A stretch of DNA of 64,000 nucleotides from contig JAWKSZ010000043.1 in NCBI GenBank assembly GCA_041402045.1, positions 1 through 64,000 on the forward strand, in the 5' to 3' direction. Source of the stretch: Planctomycetota bacterium (GTDB lineage: Bacteria; Planctomycetota; J058). Of this stretch, positions 1 to 9,806 are shown piece by piece. The translations under genes were made by a program, and so were the position numbers. Below the pieces are notes generated by a model. It made no database searches and had not been told where the DNA came from. It saw only the letters and a program-made list of their open reading frames with translations. How positions within the stretch are numbered: position 1 is the first letter of the stretch; each line of letters starts with the position of its first letter.

Positions 1-48
1 CGCCCCGCCTTGGCCTGGGCGGGGCGCCGTCTCCTACGTGACAGTGTG

Positions 49-507
49 TTATTGCGCGCGGCGGGCGACGGTCTTGCCGCGGGGGGTCACCCGGGGCTCG
101 ACGTCGATCACCATCCGCGTGAAGCGGTCACCGAAGTCCTCGGTGATCTCGACCCGGCACTCCTCGTCCTCCTTGTAGAGCACGAACTTCTGGGTCTCGA
201 GGCCGTATTTGAAGGCCACCTCCCAGCCCTGGCCGGGGAAGGCCTGCTCCACGAACTCGGCGACCTGGTCCTCGCCGAGGTACTCGTGGCGCTCGTAGAC
301 CAGGTGCAGCTTGCGGTAGGCGCTCCGGTTGTGGCGCCAGCTCGTGGTGCGGTTGAGCGTGAACTCCATGGGAGCGGGCACGTCGTCGTTGACGAGCTTG
401 CCCTTGGCCTCCGGAGTCAACGGAGGGTTGTCCTGAAAATACGCGCAGCCCGTGAACAGCGCGCCGACGAAGGTGATCCACAGGCCCCGGCGAAAGAACG
501 TCTTCAT
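49..507 (-). CDS. lipoprotein (hypothetical); signal peptide MKTFFRRGLWITFVGALFTGC with a lipobox Cys
   Basis: ORF 49..648 trimmed to the internal Met that begins a lipoprotein signal peptide. Natural amino-acid composition (K/E/F/Y-rich), unlike the overlapping R/G/P-rich frames. Confidence 0.6.
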   Translation of the reverse strand: MKTFFRRGLWITFVGALFTGCAYFQDNPPLTPEAKGKLVNDDVPAPMEFTLNRTTSWRHNRSAYRKLHLVYERHEYLGEDQVAEFVEQAFPGQGWEVAFKYGLETQKFVLYKEDEECRVEITEDFGDRFTRMVIDVEPRVTPRGKTVARRAQ

Positions 508-598
508 GCTTCCCTCCAGCCACTCCATCGGCATGGCGCGCGGGACCCTTGAGGAAGAATTTCTGGCCGCGGTAAGGTGCCCGCGAGAGGCAGGTCCC

Positions 599-1048
599 AT
601 GAGCACCGTGATCCACCGCTGGGTCGAAGCCGCCCAACGAGGCACCAACCCCCGCGTCGTGTGCCGGGCGCCCTCGGGCTGGATCGTGCTCGGCGACCCC
701 CAGGTCAGCCGAGGCTACGCCCTCCTGCTCCCGGACCCCGTCGTGCCGCACCTGAACGCCCTGGAGGGACCGGCGCGCGACCAGTTCTGGCGCGACCTGG
801 GCACCCTCGGCGACGCGCTGCTCGAGGTGACCGGCGCCGCGCGGATCAACTACGAGCTGCTCGGGAACCTCGAGCCGGCGCTCCACGGCCACGCCTTCCC
901 CCGCTACCTCGACGAGCCGGAGGCGCTGCGCACGAAGCCGATCTGGTTCCACGACTGGGACGGCGCCCCAGCCTTCGACCCGCAGGCCCACGCCCCCCTG
1001 CTGGGCGCCCTGCGCGCGGCGCTCGCGCGCCGTCTGCCGCCTGCGTGA
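599..1048 (+). CDS. HIT-like domain protein (divergent histidine-triad motif ALHGHAFPRY)
   Basis: Internal start MSTVIHRW of ORF 452..1048, with GAGAGG-like RBS upstream. H-x-H-containing HIT-like C-terminal motif. Divergent from the lipoprotein gene. Confidence 0.5.
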   Translation: MSTVIHRWVEAAQRGTNPRVVCRAPSGWIVLGDPQVSRGYALLLPDPVVPHLNALEGPARDQFWRDLGTLGDALLEVTGAARINYELLGNLEPALHGHAFPRYLDEPEALRTKPIWFHDWDGAPAFDPQAHAPLLGALRAALARRLPPA

Positions 1049-1122
1049 ACGCCGCCCTCCGCCGACCCCAGCGGGTAGCGAAGGCCGCTGCGATCGCGGA
1101 CACTCGCGGGTAGGGGGAGCCC

Positions 1123-1953
1123 ATGCCGATCCCGTTCACCTGCTCCTGCGGCTACTCCGGCGAAGAGGACGACGCGCTCCTCGGCAAGCTCAGCGCATGC
1201 CCGCGTTGCGGGGAGCTGCAACGCGTGGGCGGCGAACAACGCAAGGGCGTGCGCGCGGATCGGCCCCAGCCCCCCGCCTGGGCCGACCGCCCTGCCCCCG
1301 CCCAGGCGAAGCACGACCCCTACGCGCCCCCGGCCTCGACCAGCCCCTACGCGCCGCCCCAGGCCGAGTGGTCCCAGCCAGGCCCTGGGCGCTACGGGGA
1401 CCTGCCGCCCCGCGACCTCGAGCACGAGGCCCACGTGATCGCGATCGGCGCCTGGAACCAGATCGGCGGCGCGCTGCTCGTGGCCTTCGGGCTCCTGGGC
1501 GGGCTCATGTTCCTGGGAGGCGCAGCCGCCTCCAAGGGCCAGGGTCCGGCGTTGATCGCGGTGTTCGGCGCGTTCCTGTTCGTGTTCGTGCTGCTCGGCG
1601 GCGCCATGTTCGTCGTGGGAGCTGGGCTCCGCTCCATGAAGAACTGGGCGCGCTGGGTGACGGGCGTCCTGATCGTGCTCCAGCTCCTGTCGTCGGCGGT
1701 CAACGTGATCCAGCAGCCGTCGGCGATCCTCGGCGCTGGGATCTCGACCGCCTGGAACGTGGCGATCCTCTGGGCCCTGTTCTGCGAGCGGGCCAACGCG
1801 CTGTTCGACGCCAGCTACCAGCAGACCTTCTTGCGCTCGCCCGGTCAGCCTCGCTGGACCGCGAGCCCCTTCTTCTGGCTGCCCTTCGTCATGTGCCTCC
1901 TGGGCTGCTGCCTGGCGGCCGCGGCCGGCGGCATGGTCGGGGCCATGCGCTAG
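1123..1953 (+). CDS. membrane protein with N-terminal CxxC...CxxC zinc-ribbon and about 4 TM helices
   Basis: ORF track. N-terminus CSCG...CPRCG, Pro-rich linker, then hydrophobic helices. GGGGGAG precedes the ATG. Confidence 0.6.
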   Translation: MPIPFTCSCGYSGEEDDALLGKLSACPRCGELQRVGGEQRKGVRADRPQPPAWADRPAPAQAKHDPYAPPASTSPYAPPQAEWSQPGPGRYGDLPPRDLEHEAHVIAIGAWNQIGGALLVAFGLLGGLMFLGGAAASKGQGPALIAVFGAFLFVFVLLGGAMFVVGAGLRSMKNWARWVTGVLIVLQLLSSAVNVIQQPSAILGAGISTAWNVAILWALFCERANALFDASYQQTFLRSPGQPRWTASPFFWLPFVMCLLGCCLAAAAGGMVGAMR

Positions 1954-2079
1954 GCTCTCTCCGCAAACAGGGCCAGCGCGTCTTGCCCTCGTCGCCGCCG
2001 ACTGCGTTGGTCGCCGGCCACGTAACCCCATAACCCGCCCAGGCCTCCCGCCCCCCACCCGCCGGGGTATCGTCCCCGG

Positions 2080-3348
2080 GTGACCGGCGCGACCTGGGAC
2101 CTGCTCAAGCAAAACGGCGACTTCCGCCGCCTGTTCGCGGCGCGCTTGACCAGCCTGTTCGGGGACTGGCTGACGCTCCTGGCGGTGGTCGCCGCGCTGC
2201 GGGACATGCAGGGCGGCGGCGGCGCCAAGGCCTTCGCCTGGGTGCTCGTGCTCAAGACGCTCCCGGTGCTCGTGGTCTCGCCCTGGGCCGGGGTGCTCGT
2301 CGATCGGGTCTCGCGCAAGGGCCTGCTCGTGGCCTCGGACCTGTTCCGCGCGGCGACGGTCGTGGGGCTCCTCGCCGCCAGCCACGGCGGCAGCCCGACC
2401 CTGCTCTACCTGCTGATCTTCGCGCAGACCGTGGGAGTGGGGATCGCCGAGCCGGCGCGCAACGCCGTGGTCCCCGACGTCGTGGCCCCGGAGCACCTCA
2501 GCGCAGCCAACGCGCTCAACGCCGCGGCCTGGTCGACCATGTTCACCCTCGGCACCCTGGTCGGCGGCCCGATCGCGGCCTACGTCGGCCCCGACGCCGC
2601 GTTCGGGATCGACGCCCTGACCTACGGGCTCTCGGCGGCGCTGATCCTGGGGGTCGCGATCCCGCCGCACCCGCCCCGCGAGCCCGAGCCGCGCAGCGTG
2701 GCCTCGCTCCTGGGGATCGCGCAAATGGTCGCGGGCTGGCGCTACCTCTGGCAGCGCCCGCGGGTCCTGACCCTGGCCCTGGCCAAGCCCGGGTGGTCCC
2801 TGGCCGGCGCCACGACGCTCCTGCTCACGCTCCTGGGCGAGGACTTCGGCCGACGCTGGGGCCGCGACGACGGCGTGCTGTGGGTGGCCCTGCTCTGGGG
2901 CGCCCGCGGCCTCGGCACCGGCGTGGGACCGATCCTGGCCCGGCACCTCGCCCGCGACGAGTCGCGGCGCATGGAGTGGCTGATCGGCCTCGCCTACTTC
3001 TGGGGCGCCACGTTCTACGTGCTCCTCGGGTTCAGCGTCGGCTTCGCGACCTCGCTGGTGTGCGTGGTCCTGGCCCACCTCGGGGGCTCGACGGTGTGGG
3101 TCCTGTCCACGATCCGGCTGCAGGAGGAGTCGCCGACCGAGGTCCGCGGGCGGGTGTTCGCCAGCGAGCAAATGACCTGGACCCTGCTCATGGCCACCGC
3201 GACCTTCGCCTTCGCCGTGTGGATCGACGACTTCGGCGGTCAGCTGCGCCCGGCCCTGAGCGCGGTCGGTTGGCTGCTCGTAGCCCCCGGGCTGCTGTGG
3301 CTGCTGCGCATGCGCAGCGGCTGGTCCGCGCCGGCCGAGACCCTCTAG
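2080..3348 (+). CDS. MFS transporter (EntS/enterobactin-exporter-like)
   Basis: 422 aa with 12 predicted TM segments, MFS signature around GVLVDRVSRKG. GTG start. Confidence 0.8.
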   Translation: MTGATWDLLKQNGDFRRLFAARLTSLFGDWLTLLAVVAALRDMQGGGGAKAFAWVLVLKTLPVLVVSPWAGVLVDRVSRKGLLVASDLFRAATVVGLLAASHGGSPTLLYLLIFAQTVGVGIAEPARNAVVPDVVAPEHLSAANALNAAAWSTMFTLGTLVGGPIAAYVGPDAAFGIDALTYGLSAALILGVAIPPHPPREPEPRSVASLLGIAQMVAGWRYLWQRPRVLTLALAKPGWSLAGATTLLLTLLGEDFGRRWGRDDGVLWVALLWGARGLGTGVGPILARHLARDESRRMEWLIGLAYFWGATFYVLLGFSVGFATSLVCVVLAHLGGSTVWVLSTIRLQEESPTEVRGRVFASEQMTWTLLMATATFAFAVWIDDFGGQLRPALSAVGWLLVAPGLLWLLRMRSGWSAPAETL

Positions 3349-4283
3349 TCCAGGGCCAGGATCTCGCCGGAGGGGTCCTCCTCCGCGGCCGCCATGAGCT
3401 CCGGGTCCTCGGCGTCGAGTTCCTCGAGCTCGAGGTCCAGGTCCAGGTTGCCCGAGCGGAAGCGGTCGAGCAGGTCCTGGGTGCGGGTGAACTCGAAGCC
3501 CTCGATCTGGTCGCGCAGCGTGAGCGGGCAGTCGGTGATCACCGACTCCAGGCCCAGGAGGAACAGGCGCTGCATGTCCCGCACCCGGTTCACGGTCCAG
3601 GGCGTAATGAAGGCGTTGGCCTGGCGCATGCTCTCCACCAGGCTCAGGGACAGGCTCTTCCAATAGCAGTCGATCCCGCGCACCCCGTCCAGGCGCACCG
3701 CGCCTCGGGCCTGGCGCTTGGTGATCGTGAGGTAGCTCAGCGGGGTCAGCGGCGAGGCGGCGTGGACCTCGGCCACCCGGCTCGGCTCGCGGCAGATCAC
3801 CACCGCCTGGTCCTGCATGCCGTGGCGCGCCAGAGCCTGGGCCACGCGCTCGCCGGCGTCGGGGGAGCGCTTGCGCTTGACCTTGATCTCGATCATGGGC
3901 ACCGCGCGGCCCTTGAGCAGGTCCAGTACCTCGTCCAGGAGCGGCACGCGCTCGCTGGCGTAGCGCGGGTCGAACCAGGCCCCGGCGGAGACGTCGGCCA
4001 GCGCGGCGGTCGGCGTGCGCGCAATGTCCCCGGTGCCGTCGGTGGTCCGGTCGAGCTTGTCGTCGTGGATCACCGCGACGTCGCCGTCCTGGGTCAGGTG
4101 CACGTCGAACTCGACCAGGTCCGCCCCGTGCTCCAGGGCCAGGGCGAAGGCGGCCAGGGTGTTCTCGGCGCGTTCTGGGAGTCGCCGCGGTGGCCGACCA
4201 CGAGCACCGGGAGCTAGCGGCGGCCGCACGCGGGCGACCACGTCCATGAGCGGGCTGCGGGGCCAGTAGACCGAAGGGGGCAC
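3345..4283 (-). CDS. glycerophosphodiester phosphodiesterase (GDPD); the N-terminal ~45 codons are in the wrong frame (frameshift near 4165)
   Basis: ENTLAAFALALEHGADLVEFDVHLTQDGDVAVIHD is the classic GDPD motif. The canonical VVGHRGDSQNAP motif lies in the adjacent frame just upstream. Confidence 0.7.
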   Translation of the reverse strand: MPPSVYWPRSPLMDVVARVRPPLAPGARGRPPRRLPERAENTLAAFALALEHGADLVEFDVHLTQDGDVAVIHDDKLDRTTDGTGDIARTPTAALADVSAGAWFDPRYASERVPLLDEVLDLLKGRAVPMIEIKVKRKRSPDAGERVAQALARHGMQDQAVVICREPSRVAEVHAASPLTPLSYLTITKRQARGAVRLDGVRGIDCYWKSLSLSLVESMRQANAFITPWTVNRVRDMQRLFLLGLESVITDCPLTLRDQIEGFEFTRTQDLLDRFRSGNLDLDLELEELDAEDPELMAAAEEDPSGEILALD

Positions 4284-4650
4284 GGGGGCAGTGTGTCAGC
4301 CCGGGGAGGTCGAAGCCAGAGGGCCTACTCGTCGCGGAGGTGGCTGGCCGAGCTGTGGGGCGGGGGCCCGTCGTCGCCGCGGTCGAGGGGCGGCGGCGGA
4401 CGTCGGCGCGCGGTGGAGCGCGACGGGCCGCGGACCTCACGCGGCCGAGCCGGCGGCCAGGGAGCTTGGCGCTGGGCGCGCGCTCTCCTGCTCCTCGTCC
4501 TCGCCCTGGTCGCCGCCCAGCCGCCGCCCGGTCTTGGGCGGCTTGAGCGCACGCGGCGCGAGCGCTCGTACTCCAGGTAGTCCTCGAGCACCTTGGCCAG
4601 GCGCTGAGTCACCTGCTGCCCGTCGCGCACGCTCTGGCTCGAGGCGCGGA

Positions 4651-7600
4651 TCAGGGGCTCGACCGCCGCGCGCAGGGCCTGGACCTGCTCGCCCACGACC
4701 CGGGCCAGGGCCAGGTCCCCCAGGTCGACGGCCTCGACGTAACCTGAGGCGGGTTCTCCGCGAGCACGCCCAGGCGCTGGGCGAGCTCGCGCAGCGGGTC
4801 GCCCTCGCCGCCTTGGGCCTTGCCCGCGGCCTGGAGCAGCGCCTCGCGCACGCCCTCGACCTGGGTCCCCAGCGCGCTGAGCTGGCTCGTGACCCGGGTC
4901 ACGGGGTCGTCGTCGCGCCCGCCGAGCAGCCGCTGCCGGCCGAACTCCTTCTTGATCGCCGCCCAGCGCGCGGCCTGCTCGGGGGTCAGCCGCCCGCGCA
5001 GCTCGGCGAGCTTGAGCAGGTTCTGCTCGGCGCCGGTGGTCAGGGTCTGGGACTCGCCGCGGTAGTGGTCGTCGACCAGCGCCTCGAGCTCGTCGGGGGT
5101 CAGGGCCGAGGCCACCTTCTCCGCGAGCTTGTTCATGTTGCGGTAGCTGCCCTGGAGCTTGAAGGGCGGCTCCTCGCGGAACGCGTCGTCCATGCTCGCC
5201 GAGCGCACGTAGAGCCCGTTGACCTTGAGCAGCACGTCCCGCACCCGGAACAGGTGCTTCAGCACCGCGGTGATCTCGTTGAGCTCGACGCCGGAGTAGG
5301 CGTGGGTGAACTCCGTGGTCGGCACCGCCTCGCCCCGGGCCAGGCGCAGCAGCCGGGTCACGTCCTCGGGGTCGCGTCCGGCCAAGGGCGCCAGGGTCGG
5401 GTTCGAGGTCAGCGCGTTCTCGACGTAGCTCAGCGCGAACACCTGGTCCTTGCCCTCGAGCACGTCGCCCAGGTTGTAGGTGTCCGCGCGGTTGGCCAGC
5501 ATGTCCGGGATCTGGAAGGTCTCGCCGCTCTCGGTGTAGGGGTTGCCGGCCATGACCACGCAGAACTTCTTGCCGCGCAGGTCGTAGGTCCGCGTGCGCC
5601 CCTTCCACACGCCCTCGATCCGCCGCTGCCCGTCGCAGAGCGAAATGAACTTCTGCAGGAACTCCGGGTGGGTGTGCTGAATGTCGTCGAGGTAGAGCAT
5701 GACGTTGTTGCCCATCTCGAACGCCAGGTTGACCTTCTCCACCTCCTGCCGCGCCGTGGCGCTGGGCGCCTCCGCCGGGTCCAGCGAGGTCACGCTGTGG
5801 CCCAGGCTCGGACCGTTGACCTTGACGAAGGTCAGCCCCAGGCGGTTCGCCACGTACTCCATGAGCGTGGTCTTGCCGTAGCCCGGCGGCGAGACCAGGA
5901 GCAGGAGCCCCATGAGGTCGGTGCGCTTGCCCTCCCCCGCGGCGCCGATCTGCTTGGCCAGGTTCTCGCCCACGAGCGGGAGGTAGACCTCGTTCACCAG
6001 CCGGTTGCGCACGAAGGAGCTCAGCACCCGCGGGGTGAACTCCTCCAGGCGCAGGCGCTCCTTCTCGCGCTCGAGCAGCTCGCGCACGAGCACGCGGTAG
6101 GCGCGGTAGGCAGGCACCCGCCGGGTCTTGAACGCGCTCAGCCGCCCGAGGAACTCGTCCAGACGCAAGGTCAGGCTGCGGTCGTGGATCCGCGGGTGCT
6201 GCCCCAGGAGTCCAGGGACCTCCGCCTCCAGCGCGGCCGCGCTCGGCTCGTAGGGCAGCGCGCCCTGGGTCAGGATCAGGACGCTGGCCTCGTCGAACAC
6301 CCGCGCTCGCGGGTCGTCGTCGCGCTTGCCGCCGAGGAAGCCCTCGAGCCAGGCGCGGATCAGCCCCACCTGGGCGCCGAGGTCGCCGTCCAGGGCCTGG
6401 AGGTCCTCCTCCAACCCCTGGCGCTCCGGCCCCAGCGCCTGGAGGAAGGCCTCGATCAACTCCAGGGCCTCGCGGCTCTGCACGAAGGCCAGGGTCTCCT
6501 GGGCCAGCTCCTCGGCCAGGTAGCGCCCGGCCTGGGCCAGCTCCGCGGGGTCGATCTCGAAGGACTCCGCGACCTCCGCCGCGAGCTCCTGGGCCAGGGC
6601 GTCCATGGCCGGGGTCGGGCCCAGCCGCGCGGTCAGGCGCCCCAGGCTGCGCGCGCGCAGCAGCCAGCCCTCCTGCTGCTCCTCGTCGCCGTGGGCCCAG
6701 AACAGACACGCGTAGGCGCGCACCCGGGGCGGGAAACGCAGCAGCCCGGCGCCGGTGTAGAGCGCGAGCAAGCGCTCGAGGATCAGCGCCGCGTCGTGGT
6801 CGTGGATCCCGCGCTCGTAGCCCTCGTCGTAGCGATCCTGGGCGTAGCCGCGGACCACCGCGAGCAGCCCGCCCTCCTCGCGCTGGGCGTCGAGCAACCC
6901 CTGCAGGCTGCGCCCGCCGACCCCGCGCTCGGCCTCGTCCAGGATCGTGTAGGCGAGGTACTCGCCGCGGTAGACCTCCGGGGTCTCGCTCACGAGCTGC
7001 TGCTGCCAGAAGGGCTTCGTGGCCTGGAAGCCCTCGTCCTGCACCGGCTCGTAGAAGTCGGTGCCGGTCAGGTGCAGGGCCATGCCCTCGCCCCGGGGCA
7101 CGAGGGTCAGCTCCAGGGGCCGCGTGTTCACGTTGAACGCGTGCCGCCCGAGCTTGATCGTGTTCTCGCCGCCGCTGAACAGGTCGAGGCGATCGCGCAG
7201 GCCGCGCTGCGCGTCCTGCTTCGCGGTCTTCAGCGCGGCGAGGACCTCGTCGGCCTTGACGCTGTCCCCGAGCTCGCCCAGCTCCGCGCTGATCTGCTGC
7301 AGCTTGAGGACCATGGGGTCGGCGGCGAAGTAGGCGTTGAGCTCGTCCAGGGAGGGGAAGTTCTTGGCCCGCCGCCCGACCCCCGCCAGGATCCGCTCCG
7401 CGGCGCCGAACAGGTTCTGGGCCCGGCGCTGGCGCGCGTCGGTCAGGGTCTGACGCTTGGCGTCGAAGGCCTCGTAGACCTCCTCGCGCTTGGCCGCGAG
7501 GTCGGCGAGGAACTCGTCGAACTCGCTGAACCGGCTCTCGAGCTCCTCGAGCTGGAGCAGGACCCGGCTCAGCTGCTCGTCGCAGGCCTCGGGGGTGTCG

Positions 7601-9747
7601 GCCAGCGCGATCGCGCTCTGCACGTTCTGCGAGAACAAGCGGAACTGCGCGGCGAACTCGGCCTGACCCTCCGCCGAGAGCAGCTGCTTGCGCCGCCCGT
7701 CGAGGGTGGCCCGCACCCGGTTCTGCTGGGCGAAGGCCTCGCTGATCCGCTCCAGGACCTCCGTGCGCTGGGTGGGATCCTCGACCTCGAGCCCGCTCAC
7801 GACCTCGGTCAGCACGGTCAGACCCTCGGCCTTGGCCTCGAGCTCGGCGCCCAGGGGCGCGAGGTCCTTGGTCTTGGTCGTGGCCTCGATCTGCTCGAGC
7901 AGCCCGTCGAAGGCCTGCTTGATCGGCTCCAGGGCTGCCGGGCGCAGGAGGAACTCGATCGCGGCGCGGCTGATCCGCTCGAACTGCGCGACGATCTCCT
8001 GCTCCAGGGCCTCGACCCGGGCCACGTCCATGTAGCGCAGGTCCTTGAGCGTGATCGCGCGCCCGCGCTGGGTGCGCAGGCTGCGCAGGGCCTCCATGAA
8101 CGGCTCGACGCTCTGCCAGTCCTCGACGGTCAGCTCGCGCTCGACCTCGCGCTGGGCCTGGAGCGCCTCGGCCAGCGCGCGCTCGGCCTGCTGCCGCAGG
8201 ACCTGGACCTTCTCGAACTCCTCGAGGATCAGCTCGGCGTTCTTGCGCACCCCCTCGATCGGCTGCTTGAGCTCGCCGACCTCGGGGTGGTCCAGCCAGT
8301 AGTAGGCGTCGAGCGCCCGCTGCGCCGCGCGGATCAGGCCCTCGTAGACCTGCCGGTTGGGCGCCTGCTCCTCGACCGCCCGGGCCAGGCTCAGGCTGTC
8401 CGAGATCCCGCGCACGAGGTCGGCGTTGCCGACCTTCGCCAGGAACGAGCCGTCGCTCGGGGCCTGGGCCGCGTGCTCGGGGGTCATGAACGGCGTCTGC
8501 CAGATCTGCATCGGGTGCGTGCGCGTGGGTTCGTCGGAGAGCACCCGAAACACGATCATGGAGCCGTCGTCGAACAGCGTGGACCCGTGGCACTGGATCG
8601 GGGTCTGGACCTCCTTGCGAATCAGGTTGTAGGGGAACAGCACGTAGCTCCCCTCCACCCGGTGGTGGAACACGTAGAGCACGTCCTCGCCGTTGGGCGA
8701 CTTCACGCTGCGCAGGAACTCGAGGTCCTGGTGCGCGCCCTCGAACAGCTTGAACTCGCCCGACTGGAGGAAGTAGCCCCCAGGGAAGATCACCCCGTGG
8801 TCCTCGGGGAGCTGCACGCAGGTCTGCCCGATCGAGTCGACCCGGGTCACCGCCTGCGTCCGCGCGCAGTAGATCAGGTAGCGCCAGGCGACCTCGCCGT
8901 AGGGCAGGATCTTGAGCAGGATCAGGCTCCCGAGCTTGGCGTAGAGGATCTGCCCGTCGTCGAGGCCCTGGTTCGCGTCGTCGACGGGCTCGTTGTAGAT
9001 CCCCTTCCCGTCCTCCGTGTTGTCCTCGACCTTGATCGTGAGGTCGCCGCCCACGGTCTCGACGAAGACCTCGTCCAGGATCGAGACGTGGGGGTGCTGG
9101 CCCTGCACGTGGTCGTCGCGGGTCGTGGCCTTCCACTCGAAGTCGTGGCTCTTGGGGCGGGTGTGGTCGCGCTCGCCGCGGTTGTCGACGTAGCTCGGGC
9201 GCCCCTCGCCGTCGAGGGCCCAGCGAAACACCCGGATCGCCGACGGCCCCTGCCCCGTGCGGAACACCGCGAGGAGCTTGCCGTCCTTGACCCGCAACTG
9301 ATCGAGCTTCGACTCCTTGTAGTACTCGTAGAGCTCGTGGAACTCGCGCTGGAAGCTCTCGGCGTCGAACAGGCCCGGGAGCGCGCTGAAGGGCACGGGC
9401 TCCAGCGACCAGGCCCCGTCCGCGCCCCGGGTCACCTGCTGCAGGCTGAACACGTCCTCGACCCGCGTCTCGCGCTTGAGGCCGATGAACACGTTGTAGC
9501 CGAACAGCAGGTAGCCCCCGACGGTGGCGATATCCCGGGGCACGCAGTTGTTCTCGGTGCGCACCCGCTCGTTGCCGGTCACGACCAGCTCGGTGCCGCC
9601 GAAGGTCTCCTTGCGCCGCTCGTTGAGGGCCTCGGCCTTCTCGCGCACCGTACGCGCCAACCCCACGAGGCGCTCACGGATCACCTCGTAGTTGCCGGTG
9701 TCGAGGCCCTCGGCCCCTGCGCTCGTCTCGGCGGCTTCCTCGCTCAC
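4651..9747 (-). CDS. giant (about 1,700 aa) multidomain protein: N-terminal beta-rich region, long helical/coiled-coil middle, C-terminal P-loop AAA+ (MoxR/AAA_5-like) ATPase; last gene of the NfeD-flotillin operon
   Basis: Walker A LLLVSPPGYGKTTL and Walker B VMLYLDDIQ. Natural composition, unlike the two overlapping R/G/P-rich ORFs (4291..9852 +, 4325..9136 -). The 3' end probably continues to about 4437 through two frame shifts. Confidence 0.8.
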   Translation of the reverse strand: MSEEAAETSAGAEGLDTGNYEVIRERLVGLARTVREKAEALNERRKETFGGTELVVTGNERVRTENNCVPRDIATVGGYLLFGYNVFIGLKRETRVEDVFSLQQVTRGADGAWSLEPVPFSALPGLFDAESFQREFHELYEYYKESKLDQLRVKDGKLLAVFRTGQGPSAIRVFRWALDGEGRPSYVDNRGERDHTRPKSHDFEWKATTRDDHVQGQHPHVSILDEVFVETVGGDLTIKVEDNTEDGKGIYNEPVDDANQGLDDGQILYAKLGSLILLKILPYGEVAWRYLIYCARTQAVTRVDSIGQTCVQLPEDHGVIFPGGYFLQSGEFKLFEGAHQDLEFLRSVKSPNGEDVLYVFHHRVEGSYVLFPYNLIRKEVQTPIQCHGSTLFDDGSMIVFRVLSDEPTRTHPMQIWQTPFMTPEHAAQAPSDGSFLAKVGNADLVRGISDSLSLARAVEEQAPNRQVYEGLIRAAQRALDAYYWLDHPEVGELKQPIEGVRKNAELILEEFEKVQVLRQQAERALAEALQAQREVERELTVEDWQSVEPFMEALRSLRTQRGRAITLKDLRYMDVARVEALEQEIVAQFERISRAAIEFLLRPAALEPIKQAFDGLLEQIEATTKTKDLAPLGAELEAKAEGLTVLTEVVSGLEVEDPTQRTEVLERISEAFAQQNRVRATLDGRRKQLLSAEGQAEFAAQFRLFSQNVQSAIALADTPEACDEQLSRVLLQLEELESRFSEFDEFLADLAAKREEVYEAFDAKRQTLTDARQRRAQNLFGAAERILAGVGRRAKNFPSLDELNAYFAADPMVLKLQQISAELGELGDSVKADEVLAALKTAKQDAQRGLRDRLDLFSGGENTIKLGRHAFNVNTRPLELTLVPRGEGMALHLTGTDFYEPVQDEGFQATKPFWQQQLVSETPEVYRGEYLAYTILDEAERGVGGRSLQGLLDAQREEGGLLAVVRGYAQDRYDEGYERGIHDHDAALILERLLALYTGAGLLRFPPRVRAYACLFWAHGDEEQQEGWLLRARSLGRLTARLGPTPAMDALAQELAAEVAESFEIDPAELAQAGRYLAEELAQETLAFVQSREALELIEAFLQALGPERQGLEEDLQALDGDLGAQVGLIRAWLEGFLGGKRDDDPRARVFDEASVLILTQGALPYEPSAAALEAEVPGLLGQHPRIHDRSLTLRLDEFLGRLSAFKTRRVPAYRAYRVLVRELLEREKERLRLEEFTPRVLSSFVRNRLVNEVYLPLVGENLAKQIGAAGEGKRTDLMGLLLLVSPPGYGKTTLMEYVANRLGLTFVKVNGPSLGHSVTSLDPAEAPSATARQEVEKVNLAFEMGNNVMLYLDDIQHTHPEFLQKFISLCDGQRRIEGVWKGRTRTYDLRGKKFCVVMAGNPYTESGETFQIPDMLANRADTYNLGDVLEGKDQVFALSYVENALTSNPTLAPLAGRDPEDVTRLLRLARGEAVPTTEFTHAYSGVELNEITAVLKHLFRVRDVLLKVNGLYVRSASMDDAFREEPPFKLQGSYRNMNKLAEKVASALTPDELEALVDDHYRGESQTLTTGAEQNLLKLAELRGRLTPEQAARWAAIKKEFGRQRLLGGRDDDPVTRVTSQLSALGTQVEGVREALLQAAGKAQGGEGDPLRELAQRLGVLAENPPQVTSRPSTWGTWPWPGSWASRSRPCARRSSP

Positions 9748-9806
9748 GCCCTGGATCCTTCTGTCTTAGGCCTGCGCGCGCGAGTGGCCGCGCGCGCCGC
9801 TCGCCC

